Shown: positions 31,401 through 37,013, numbered from the stretch's first letter. The stretch is DNA of 48,160 bases from an uncultured bacterium (GCA_903876465.1 CAIRAF010000065.1:1-48160); one strand, 5' to 3'. A program made the numbers and translations. Notes: a model not told the origin generated them from the letters alone.

Positions 31401-34191
31401 AAGTGGTAATGGTCGTATCAGTGTGGGTCCTTCAGATAGCTTGAGTTTCTACAATGGAGGTCTTGGTAATACACGTCTAGGTTATTTCGATCCAAACGGA
31501 AACTTCTATTCAAATACAATCAATGCGACATCGACAACAGGTACAAGTACATTTGCAGGGAATTTGACTGTCGATGGCGGTACGCTTACTGTCAATTCAA
31601 TCAATAACACAGTTGGTATTAACACAACAAATTCAAATGCAACTCTTGGAATTAAGGGTTCATCTGGTACAAATCCATTTGTCATTGCTTCATCATCTGC
31701 AACAGTTGCATTCAATATGCTCACCCTCAACCAGGCTGGCGACTTTGGTATAGGTTCATCGTCACCAAGTGCAAACCTTTCAATCCAAGACAACTCTGGT
31801 CTCGCTGGAACAAATCCACTATTCATTATCGCATCTTCAACTTTGACTGGAACAGCTACAACAACACTTCTTTCACTCTTCGGTAACGGTAACTTCGCCC
31901 TTGGAACGACTTCACCATCAAACATCTTTACAGCAGTTGGTAACGGTTATTTCTCCGGTAACCTCACAGCAGCAAACATGATTGCAACGGGAACTATCAC
32001 GCAACTAGGTACAGGCACATCTACATTTGCAGGAGGTCTTAATGTCGATAGTGGAACATTTATTGTAAATCCAACAACAAATACTGTCGGTATAAATACA
32101 ACTAATTCTAACGTAACTCTCAATGTTAAAGGAACTGCCGGATTTAACCCATTTGTTATTGCTACTTCGTCAGCAACCGTAGCATTCAACATGCTTACAC
32201 TTAACCAAGCAGGAAGTTTTGGTATCGGCACATCAACACCTGCAGCTAAACTTTCAATTCAAGATAACTCAGGTTTAGCAGCAACAAATCCACTATTCGT
32301 TATCGCATCTTCAACTTTGACTGGAACAGCTACAACAACACTTCTCACACTCCTTGGTAACGGTAACTTCGCCCTTGGTTCAACCACTCCTTCAGGTATC
32401 TTTACGGCAGTCGGTAACGGATATTTCTCAGGTAGTTTGACTGCTGGTGCAATCACAGCTACAAGTACATTGACTGTTGTTGGTAATACCTCACTTCAAA
32501 ATGCTTCAACAACGAACCTTTCAGTTTCTGGATTCTTTAGACAAACCGGTACTTCTGGTACAAACCCATTTGTTATCGCTTCTTCATCAGCTACACAATT
32601 CAGCATGCTCGCTCTTCTTCAGAACGGATTCCTCGGTATAGGTTCATCAACTCCAGGTTCAAAGCTTTCTATCCAAGATAACTCTGGTGCTGCGACATCG
32701 ACTGGACTATTTACAATCGCATCATCAACTTCTGCGGGAGCTGCAACAACAACACTCTTCACAGTTACTGGTGGTGGTTATGTCGGAATTGGTACAACGA
32801 CACTCGTCTCAACATTCACAGTTGCTGGTTCAGCCTGTTTCGCTTCAACGACACAGGCCGGTGCAAAGACTGTTTGTGGTACAAGAACTGGTAACATTTA
32901 TTACGATACGGCAAACCCTGGTAACTACGACGTCGCCGAAAACTATCAGACATCTGATCCATCTATAAGTGCCGGTGACATCGTTTCTGCTGATCCATCA
33001 CGACCAAAGAATATTTTGCGAGCTACAACAGGTAGTCGTGTTCTCGGTGTTATTTCTACTCAACCTGGTGAACTTCTTGGTGGATCAAGTCCAGATATTC
33101 TCACAGCAACCATGAGACCAGTTGCTCTATCAGGACGTATTCCAGCAAAGGTTAGTACTGAAAATGGACCAATCGCTATTGGAGATTCAATTGCTTTGTC
33201 GAGTGTAGCAGGTATTGGTATGAAGGCTTCAGGTTCAGGTGAAAGAGTTGGTATCGCTCTTGAGTCATATTCAGGAAATGGTGTTGGTGTTATCGACATC
33301 TTTGCTAATCTCGGTCAGAATGTTGACCTCAATCAGTTCGCACTCGCAAGTTCAACAAATGCTTCAACAACAGTCATCGCTGATGAATTAACAGTAGCGC
33401 TTGCATCAATACAGTCATTGCAAGGTCAAACAAATAATTTGAATAATCAATTCACAGCATTCTCTTCATCTACTTCAAACTTTATTTCTTCAGTTTCCTC
33501 AACAACAGCGGCGGCTCTAGCTTCATCAACATCATTTGTTCAGACTATCGCTGATGCAGTTGTCAGTATCCTCAATGCAAGTGGTCAAGTTATAAATTCT
33601 GCAGGGAAGTGGACGGTTGGAGAAATTACAGCTCTCACTGGAACCTTCAATAAAGTTATAGCCGGTCGCGTCGAAACTCAGACCGCCGCAGTTTCGAATG
33701 GTATAGAAATGTCATCACCAAATGGACAACTCTGGTGTGTACGTATAGATAACACTGGTAACTTTGTTCGAACAACGGGATCATGTGATACATCTGCATC
33801 GACGACACCTGTAACTAATACACCTATAACTACAGGTCAAAGTAACACGGCTCCAGTAGTTACAAATAATCAGCCAACCTCAACAACCACTGTAACTTCA
33901 GCACCAGTCAATTCAACATCAACTGATAATACAAGTTCAAACACAACTAATCCAACAACCTCATCTTCGACATCTTCTACACCAGTAGTGACTTCAACTC
34001 CTGCTCCAGCACCAACAACCACAACGGCTCCAGATACTACAGTAACTCCAGCCTCAACAAGTCCAACTCCTACGACTTCAACGACACCAGCGCCAGTAGT
34101 TACTCCAGCTCCTGCTCCAACAGTAACGACAGCAGTAGCTCCAGATCCCACAACTTCAACCTCTGCAACGCCTCCAACAACATCACCGTGA
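19471..34191 (+). CDS. Giant (4,906 aa) mosaic cell-surface fibre/adhesin
   Basis: Uninterrupted 14.7-kb ORF ending TGA TGA.
- Signal peptide MKHFIYITFILTILTGGVMYVHA.
- Three FN3-like domains (e.g. PTGLTATPISQSQIDLSWLPS...YTYSVQAFD).
- Two-TM hairpin at about aa 490-554.
- About 15 copies of NVGIGT(T/S)SPxxLLxVAGNG(F/Y)FxGN(I/L)TAxNIxATGTL modules, of the kind seen in phage-tail-fibre-like proteins.
- Two Gly-rich LTAGNGG tracts.
- Two SxAxG YadA-head-like tracts.
- C-terminal globular module and an S/T/P tail. Confidence 0.9.
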   Translation: MKHFIYITFILTILTGGVMYVHAASTSFTTSLTTYAFDNIPPTVPTGLTATPISQSQIDLSWLPSTDNNLVGGYVVYRDDGAIATTSGTTFSDTLLSASTTYTYSVQAFDGSSNYSATSTSVSTTTLPVPVVIISTSTPPVSGGSTSSGGSAFITDLTVTPHTVDSVINFNTASPARSTVSWGLTPDLEAGSITSIFYDTTHEITITGLTADTHYYVRISVVGAQGVQSSVDSQFNTISLNPISILNPSNFTATPKGLGQNGINLSWTNPIDPRFGSVRVVRSTTFFPRDQYDGVPVYQGAGQNFFDASTVPGTRYYYSIFAEATDGSFSSGVLAQARIGIVGEIIPANNNPFTQAPPASNVNPLIANLTISDFEFIQNGKFLTPNTNNVISIDGTKNLTIRLAYNKVPEILKTIAVSLTDPKDSSKAFIFLLRANANKSYYEANVGSLGVSGDFPLAISILDYQNQSLKQIAGSLVAAVGDIAISSDQFGQLSFWLIIILLIVLLVIVVRILAKKNKKDNSKGSDNVTVVTSAVIALVILSGAMFFGIHQAYAFNQQINYQGKLANASNISVANGQYPIVFKLYTTSSTTTPIWTETDFGANQPTVSGGLFSIMLGSTTPFTGVDFNQTLYLGVTVASDTEMTPRKVIGAVPAAFLAGTSTIALSANTLQGITPGQFFRNDQQNATSSAATFLSILQTGAGKVAEFFASAGQSALAILSNGNVGVGSSTPVATLSVTGTSTAGVNPFIVASSSGATLLTVLQNGNVGVGTANPKFQLHVLESGQPSTNNPIDVMAVEVGSPSSGTATGYGPAILFKDIGTNVTNMARIGAVYEPNGTNNLGGLIFSTNSDTNNSLTLPSEKMRITAFGNVGIGTSSPIASLTVVSSTTAQISFVVASSSGTQLLTLFGNGNFGLGSTSLSNLFTVAGNGFFNGNVTATNIIATGTLNVSGQTTLGNATITNASTTNLAVTGLANTVLSVNALGQVVATSTAGFGTNYFSNSGATTTNNFANLASTLGVFGTIQATSTTGTSTFAGASIFTGNVGIGTTSPMGGFAFQGFNASTSATTNFAVYAGNGYSNAGTNGPGSSIAFVTGSAGSGSVGYAGGDFNVTTGSGVSSNAPGRGGNIAFSLGAGGIAGPAGGVGGTFAVVSGNGGASSATQPTGVGGAVTLTAGNGGAQTGSGSSAAGGALTLTAGNGGNTTLNGSPSGTGGTITFTAGNAGTVSSSTLAGGNGGNIILIPGTATATGTPGYVGIGTTSPSNLLTVAGNGFFNGNITATNITATGTLSVTGQTTLSGQTFLVNASTTNFSASGFANVTGTTTTGGLSVASLNGVLFGTNGAITAIATSSLGIPNFWTLSGATTTNTVANVASTLGVFGSVQATSTTGINTFAGTVGIGTSSPSYPFTVASQTVTTVVTGGTSNLNIGSDIEGITQRQISSSATQNYITLNLLASSQNTVAGGPTNQTTYGLYSKAFSSNQASISNNTYYGAYLEASGANAGATTVTDYGLYANAISTSTNATNYAVYANAANGSQNYGIYSAAGTNYFNGNVGIGTTSPSNLLTVAGNGFFSGNITATNITATGTLSVTGQTTLGNASTTNITVSNNLNVTSTTTTTGLKIASLSGVLFGTNGVITAIATSSLGIPNYWTQSGATTTNTVANVASTLGVFGTIQATSTTGTSTFASSAIFNGRVGIGTTTPAESLTIYKGTTNVSTLISDNGVLFTRSYDGLASAGVYYTGNTFMTSDGEVILYPGNRTAVDTINDSSVGKAAISGAVTLGGANLQVIGSLAVGGTYASLLTTPANGAIFQGTVGVGTSSPSTSNALEVGGNGYFAGNITGANLIATSTLTVSGQTTLANASTTNLSASGFLKVTGQTTLGNATITNASTTNLAITGLNSAILSVNALGQVVATTSGSGTNYFSNSGATTTLTTGTNLVAALFAAPYFLATSTTATSSIAGNFSVTGPSIFGGQLTIGNGNVNTDYGVSITNLNAGSSAAADISFVNNSGGNAYVGVGSSGTAAAYASRAFFDTFTGSGTSILSSASGGDVRFYTAGAAAGNERMRIGNTGNVGIGTTTASNLLEVAGNGYFAGNLTAANITATGTLNVTGKTTLAAASTTALTVANNLFVNGKIGINDPNPAPFIDINQNGSNPGLVMQSTAPCGTYGSYNTGNARFEGGTDNGGNIQFESQRGTAGCAQAGAMYWDWGWDNGGDFNLRLAMFDDHTFQVYDNGSGTTTVWSFQQRGGTVFNYATSTIFTGGGNVGIGTTTPTASNILTVAGNEFVNGNITATNITATGTLNVTGQTTLGNATITNASTTNLAITGLNSTILSVNALGQVVATTTSAGTNFFSNSGATTTLSTGSNLVAALFAAPYFMATSTTATSTFAGAFGIGSSTPSAANILTVAGNGFFTGNITGANLIATGNLTVSGNSTLATTSATSLSSTGSLTVGPTNLTATNNSFAFGYAPGTSAITATGTGSLAFGQAVFAGSKASIIANNTGSFAGGFALGNGGSPTILSSGAGSLAFGNTGSTRNITSSGSGSIAMGLTTSGNLTATGNASVAIGQDVNATANNAFALGSSFTNATASTFQVGFSATPILTVTNTSIGIGTTSPSNALEVAGNGYFTGNLTGTNITATGTLAVLGQTTLVNASTTNISASGFANVTGTTTTGGLSVGSLNGLLFGTSGAVTATTSISNSYLANSTISGISLGQNLANLTATNSTLTFSGSYNGGTAQTVGLNLSNTNTWSALQTFSNGIMSTASSTFTNITIGQSTTTNATTTSLAITGLSNTVLSVNALGQVVATTTSAGTNFFSNSGATTTLSTGSNLVAALFAAPYFLATSTTATSSIAGNLTVDGGTFTINSIANLVGIGTANPTAAFSVQAGTNTMPFFVASSSGAQLLTLLQNGNFGIGTSTPIASFSFQGVGQSTTTSANSYSFVVNGGNGVNVAGAGGNGGGVLFNTGNGLTAGTSGTGGDFAVNTGNGGGVNRGGNMTFTLGNGGGTSSNGGAFSLTAGNGGGAAGPPSGPGGAVTITAGNGGAQGGGSSGALAGVLTLNGGNAGSVTSGGVNGGNIILMPGLGSGTGLRGLVGIGSSTPSAMLSVLAATNTIPFVVASSSGAQLLTLLQNGNFGIGTSSPSNMLEVAGNGYFAGNITATNITATGTLNVTGQTTLGNANITNSTTTNATTTNLAITGLNSVILSVNALGQVVATTSGSGTNYFSNSGATTTLSTGSNLVAALFAAPYFLATSSTATSNFGGNATVGTTSLVSASNNSFALGDIYSANAGSTYSVVSSGGGSFAGGAVQTPAGTATSTILSSGPGSFAFGISVGVSGGTSKITSSGAGSVALGYSSGTTAGTGLISASGNGSFAGGYMSNTGSGTASTTASGIGAFAWGTGVGAYQTLSTAFGSGYVNNTANSFMVGYSAIPTLTVNSTSVGIGTTSPSNTLSVAGNSFINGNETATNITATGTLTVSGLTTLGNASTTSFTSTGPTFLATGGGNVGIGTAAPAYPFSVQGSIVDDLSFMQNTNVSGWSTMVLANSNATIKTSFGIGNASASTFANTAFFDVFAGGAPFVLATNDTERMRIENGGNIDIGTTSSSNLLSVGGNGFFTGNLTAANMIATGTLIVSGQTTLGKTIMSNSTTTNATTTNLAITGLNSVILSVNALGQVVATTSGSGTNYFSNSGATTTLSTGSNLVAALFAAPYFTATSTTATSTFAGNVFVGPTNPNFYPASPLVVTTNTNNYGQFVVQNLNSGNNASGDLIVGGDKMTDTSYYGDLGCNSSTFNQVGQTILPAFDCYLYSSDSNLDIGTASTTGPSNINFFTGGTLAANNRMTILTNGNVGIGTTSPSSLNLLTVAGNGFFNGSLTAGTLNAASTTGTSTIAGNLVVGPSSGTTGFMMDANGNVGIGTSTLSNILEVAGNGYFAGNLTGANITATGTLAAISNIALGTSTYSFVDGIAMDYIQAASGNGRISVGPSDSLSFYNGGLGNTRLGYFDPNGNFYSNTINATSTTGTSTFAGNLTVDGGTLTVNSINNTVGINTTNSNATLGIKGSSGTNPFVIASSSATVAFNMLTLNQAGDFGIGSSSPSANLSIQDNSGLAGTNPLFIIASSTLTGTATTTLLSLFGNGNFALGTTSPSNIFTAVGNGYFSGNLTAANMIATGTITQLGTGTSTFAGGLNVDSGTFIVNPTTNTVGINTTNSNVTLNVKGTAGFNPFVIATSSATVAFNMLTLNQAGSFGIGTSTPAAKLSIQDNSGLAATNPLFVIASSTLTGTATTTLLTLLGNGNFALGSTTPSGIFTAVGNGYFSGSLTAGAITATSTLTVVGNTSLQNASTTNLSVSGFFRQTGTSGTNPFVIASSSATQFSMLALLQNGFLGIGSSTPGSKLSIQDNSGAATSTGLFTIASSTSAGAATTTLFTVTGGGYVGIGTTTLVSTFTVAGSACFASTTQAGAKTVCGTRTGNIYYDTANPGNYDVAENYQTSDPSISAGDIVSADPSRPKNILRATTGSRVLGVISTQPGELLGGSSPDILTATMRPVALSGRIPAKVSTENGPIAIGDSIALSSVAGIGMKASGSGERVGIALESYSGNGVGVIDIFANLGQNVDLNQFALASSTNASTTVIADELTVALASIQSLQGQTNNLNNQFTAFSSSTSNFISSVSSTTAAALASSTSFVQTIADAVVSILNASGQVINSAGKWTVGEITALTGTFNKVIAGRVETQTAAVSNGIEMSSPNGQLWCVRIDNTGNFVRTTGSCDTSASTTPVTNTPITTGQSNTAPVVTNNQPTSTTTVTSAPVNSTSTDNTSSNTTNPTTSSSTSSTPVVTSTPAPAPTTTTAPDTTVTPASTSPTPTTSTTPAPVVTPAPAPTVTTAVAPDPTTSTSATPPTTSP
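22270..30660 (+). repeat. Dispersed intragenic repeat family (six copies of the ...ILSVNALGQVVAT...SNSGATTT... module plus flanking VAGNGFF modules)
   Basis: Core copies start near 22402, 25180, 26470, 27866, 29090 and 30478. Copies 3 and 4 share a 71-nt identical run (tcagtaaatgctcttggtcaagttgtagcaaccacaacatccgctggaacaaacttcttcagtaactctgg). Confidence 0.85.
23230..24560 (+). repeat. Direct duplication with ~897-nt period inside the giant gene
   Basis: 23230-23354 versus 24127-24251 are about 89% identical at DNA level by eye, including the identical run attactgcaactggaactctatcggt. The following GVLFGTNG..ITAIATSSLGIPN(F/Y)W.. blocks are also duplicated. Confidence 0.8.
31551..32810 (+). repeat. 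Tandem ~471-nt (157-aa) coding repeat, about 2.7 copies
   Basis: Units begin near 31551, 32022 and about 32490. Protein-level repeat: TFAG.L.VD.GT..VN...NTVGINTTNSN.TL..KG..G.NPFVIA.SSATVAFNMLTLNQAG.FGIG.S.P.A.LSIQDNSGLA.TNPLF.IASSTLTGTATTTLL.L.GNGNFALG.T.PS.IFTAVGNGYFSG.LTA. Confidence 0.8.
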
Positions 34192-34370
34192 TGAAATTGG
34201 AAGTAGTAGAGTGAGAAGTAGAACGATTAATTAAAATTAATAACAATTAATAAAAATATATGAGAAAAAATAAGGGGTATATAGATGTTTAACGTAAGGA
34301 ATAGGTGTGGTATTATTATCAGTAATTAAGTTTAAACAATTAGAAACGAGTTCGTATTTTATTAAAACGT

Positions 34371-35054
34371 ATGATTAAAAATATAACAAAAATAATCAGT
34401 AATGCAGGGCTAACAATGCTCGTTCTGGCCTTTGCATTTACTACGGTCGAACCAGCAGTTAGTTTTGGGGCACCAGTACAGAGTCAGTTCACTATCTCTC
34501 AAACAACAAATTCTGAAGTCTCATTTGTAACTTTAGCTTCTAATGTTGTGATGTCACCAACTCTTGGAGGTATCACTGGTGGTACAGCAAATGGTTTGAC
34601 ACAAGTTGCAGTTTTGTCCAACAATTCCACTGGTTACAACATGACCATCCAAGCAAGTTCGACAGGTGCTATGCAAGGTACAGCAAGTTCAACTAACTTT
34701 ATTCCAGTTTATTCGACTACTACTCCAGACTATAACTTCGTTACCCCGGCCAACAGTGCACGTTTCGGTTATACAGTGAATGCGAGTACGACGAGTGATG
34801 TAACAGCACTTTTCAAGTCCAATGGTTCGAATCTTTGTGGTGTGGGTGGTTCAACATCTGGTGGAGGTATACATTGTTGGATCGGTGCAACTTCAACAGC
34901 TGTACAAATCATAAATCGCGGGACTGCAACAGCGGGTACCGGTGCCACAACTACCTTGTATTTCCAAGTTGGTATAGCAGCTAACCCTCTCCCAGCAATA
35001 CCAAATGATACTTATGTTTCCACTTCAACATTGACAGCTACTGCCAATCCATAA
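34371..35054 (+). CDS. Secreted beta-rich protein, family member 2
   Basis: 227-aa ORF. Signal-like N-terminus ...LVLAFAFTTVEPAVSFGA. Close paralogue of 35182-35877 and distant paralogue of 18657-19463. Conserved Cys pair (LCGVGG...HCWIG). C-terminus YVSTSTLTATANP. Confidence 0.75.
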   Translation: MIKNITKIISNAGLTMLVLAFAFTTVEPAVSFGAPVQSQFTISQTTNSEVSFVTLASNVVMSPTLGGITGGTANGLTQVAVLSNNSTGYNMTIQASSTGAMQGTASSTNFIPVYSTTTPDYNFVTPANSARFGYTVNASTTSDVTALFKSNGSNLCGVGGSTSGGGIHCWIGATSTAVQIINRGTATAGTGATTTLYFQVGIAANPLPAIPNDTYVSTSTLTATANP

Positions 35055-35163
35055 TCTAGTGAAAAACTGTGGATAAGTAGAGTGAAAATTACATTAAAAA
35101 TTGAGCAGAATATGATACAATTTAAGCAATAAAGGACCAGTCAAAATAGATTAATATAGACCC

Positions 35164-35181
35164 AATAATAATAATAATAAT
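35164..35181 (+). repeat. (AAT)6 microsatellite abutting the start codon of 35182
   Basis: aataataataataataat lies immediately 5' of the ATG at 35182. Confidence 0.9.
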
Positions 35182-35877
35182 ATGTCAAAATTATTTATCA
35201 ACATAATCAGTCGTGCCAGTCTCAGTTTCCTTGTTCTTACGCTTGCATTTACTGCAGTAGAACCAGCAGTAAGTTTCGGGGCATCAGTACAGAGTCAGTT
35301 TACTATTTCTCAACAAGTTAGTGCCGAAGTTGCCTTTGCAACACTTGCATCTAACGTCAGTATGTCACCAACTCTTGGAGGTATCACTGGTGGTACAGCC
35401 AATGGACAGACCCAAGTAGTTGTTACTACCAACGATCTTCTTGGTTACAACATGACCATCCAAGCAAGTTCGACAGGTGCTATGCAAGGTACAGCAAGTA
35501 CAACTAACTTTATTCCAGTTTATTCAACTACTACTCCGGACTTTACCTTCGTTACACCAGCAAATACTGCTCGTTTTGGTTATACGGTCGGCGCAAGTAG
35601 TACAAGTGATGTAACACCACTTTTCAAGTCCAATGGCTCTAGTCTTTGTGGTGTAGGTGGTACTACAGCAAATAATACCAATACATATTCAGCTCTTAGA
35701 TGTTGGATCGGTGCAACTTCAACTGCAGTAACTATCATAAATCGTAACTTGCCAACACAAGCTCCTGGTGCTACAACTACATTGTATTTCCAAGTAGGTA
35801 TAGCGGCTAACCCTGTTCCAGCTATTCCAAACGATACATATATTGCAACTTCAACACTAACAGCTACAGCAAATTAA
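35182..35877 (+). CDS. Secreted beta-rich protein, family member 3 (tandem paralogue)
   Basis: 231-aa ORF, collinear with 34371-35054. Shares a 58-nt identical DNA run (tggttacaacatgaccatccaagcaagttcgacaggtgctatgcaaggtacagcaagt) and the same signal-like region ...LAFTAVEPAVSFGA. Confidence 0.75.
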   Translation: MSKLFINIISRASLSFLVLTLAFTAVEPAVSFGASVQSQFTISQQVSAEVAFATLASNVSMSPTLGGITGGTANGQTQVVVTTNDLLGYNMTIQASSTGAMQGTASTTNFIPVYSTTTPDFTFVTPANTARFGYTVGASSTSDVTPLFKSNGSSLCGVGGTTANNTNTYSALRCWIGATSTAVTIINRNLPTQAPGATTTLYFQVGIAANPVPAIPNDTYIATSTLTATAN

Positions 35878-35887
35878 TTAAACTACA

Positions 35888-36955
35888 ATGAGAAATAATA
35901 CCTCTTCGGAAACGACTTCTTTTAAGAAGAAAGCACTGATTTCAACTGGTATATTTCTTGGTGTTCTCAGTTTTTCCACTTTTGTTCTTGCCGCTACCCC
36001 TGTAGCGACCACAAAAACTGTCACAGCCCCAGTTTCTCAACCAGCTCCAAGTTTCCAGTTCGATCAGTTGCCAGACATGGTCAATTATCATGATTTCGTT
36101 GTCGGCCCAGGTAAAATAGAATTGCAAATAGCCCCAGGAAGTTCCCAGACAGTCGATCTTACCGTTGCCAATCGACTTGGTTCAGATAAAGTGTTTTCAA
36201 TTACAGAGGAAGATTTTATTGGTTCCAATGATCCAAATCAGTCAGTAGTTCTGCTTGGTAGTGATAGGGGTCCATATTCTCTCAAGGACGATATACACAT
36301 TCCTTCAACTAAGGTCACAATACCTTTTGGAAAAAAGGTTCATATACCAATAACGGTTTCTGTACCTACTGATGCACAGCCAGGTGGTCTGTACGGAAGT
36401 GTTCTGGTTAGTGTTGTTAGTGTTAATGGTTCTACTACAGCAGATGGTGTTGGTGCTACTAACCCAGTTATCACACGTATCGGTACACTCTTCTTTGTTC
36501 GAGTACCTGGCGCGGTTGTAGCGGACGGTTCATTATCAGGTTTTACTTTACCTCAAGGAAATATTATCTGGTCAAATTCCTTAACTCAGACAGATCCAAT
36601 TCTATTCAATATTCTTTTTAAGAATAAAGGTAGTGTTTACGTTGATCCTTCAGGTACTATATCGATTACAAATATTTGGGGTGCTCCTATTGCTTCGGTT
36701 GCAGTTGATCCTTGGTTTGCCATGCCTCAGTCACTTCGTTTCCGCCAGGTTCAATGGGTGACTACGTTTCTATTTGGAAGATATACCGCTCATGTCGTAA
36801 TCAATCCTGGATTTGGTACAAGTACAGATACAGCAGATCTTGTTTTTTGGGTTATCCCTTGGAAGATACTCCTCTTAGCATTTATTGGACTTGTTATAAT
36901 AATCGCAATACTTCGTTGGATAGTTACTCACATCTCATTTGTTTCAAAGAAATAG
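35888..36955 (+). CDS. Secreted protein with C-terminal TM anchor (DUF916/WxL-interacting-protein-like layout)
   Basis: 355-aa ORF. N-terminal signal (ALISTGIFLGVLSFSTFVLAATP). Ig-like body with PGSSQTVDLTVANR...VHIPITVSVPTDAQPGGLYGSVLVSV. C-terminal anchor WKILLLAFIGLVIIIAILRW followed by basic residues. Only 10 nt from the upstream gene. Confidence 0.65.
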   Translation: MRNNTSSETTSFKKKALISTGIFLGVLSFSTFVLAATPVATTKTVTAPVSQPAPSFQFDQLPDMVNYHDFVVGPGKIELQIAPGSSQTVDLTVANRLGSDKVFSITEEDFIGSNDPNQSVVLLGSDRGPYSLKDDIHIPSTKVTIPFGKKVHIPITVSVPTDAQPGGLYGSVLVSVVSVNGSTTADGVGATNPVITRIGTLFFVRVPGAVVADGSLSGFTLPQGNIIWSNSLTQTDPILFNILFKNKGSVYVDPSGTISITNIWGAPIASVAVDPWFAMPQSLRFRQVQWVTTFLFGRYTAHVVINPGFGTSTDTADLVFWVIPWKILLLAFIGLVIIIAILRWIVTHISFVSKK

Positions 36956-37013
36956 TATAATAGAGGGGAAGTATTAATAACTTTATTAATTAATAATATA
37001 GGTAAATTTATTT

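Noticed and set aside
22270-32810. Regularly spaced repeats that might superficially suggest a CRISPR-like array or a mobile-element cluster.
   Set aside because: The repeats are in-frame coding modules of one continuous ORF. Their lengths are variable and run to hundreds of nt, with no short unique spacers, no cas genes and no transposase.
19471-34191. Possibility that an alternative genetic code (for example UGA recoding) is needed or is hiding stops.
   Set aside because: All recognisable housekeeping genes and the 14.7-kb ORF are intact under the standard code. The giant gene ends with TGA TGA, consistent with UGA acting as a stop.
35068-35076. Third perfect DnaA box (tgtggataa) between the tandem paralogues, as support for an origin of replication.
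   Set aside because: It is isolated and overlaps the shared post-stop motif tgga..agtagagtga, which probably arose by local duplication. That is not enough to call an origin, and no dnaA or dnaN is in the window.
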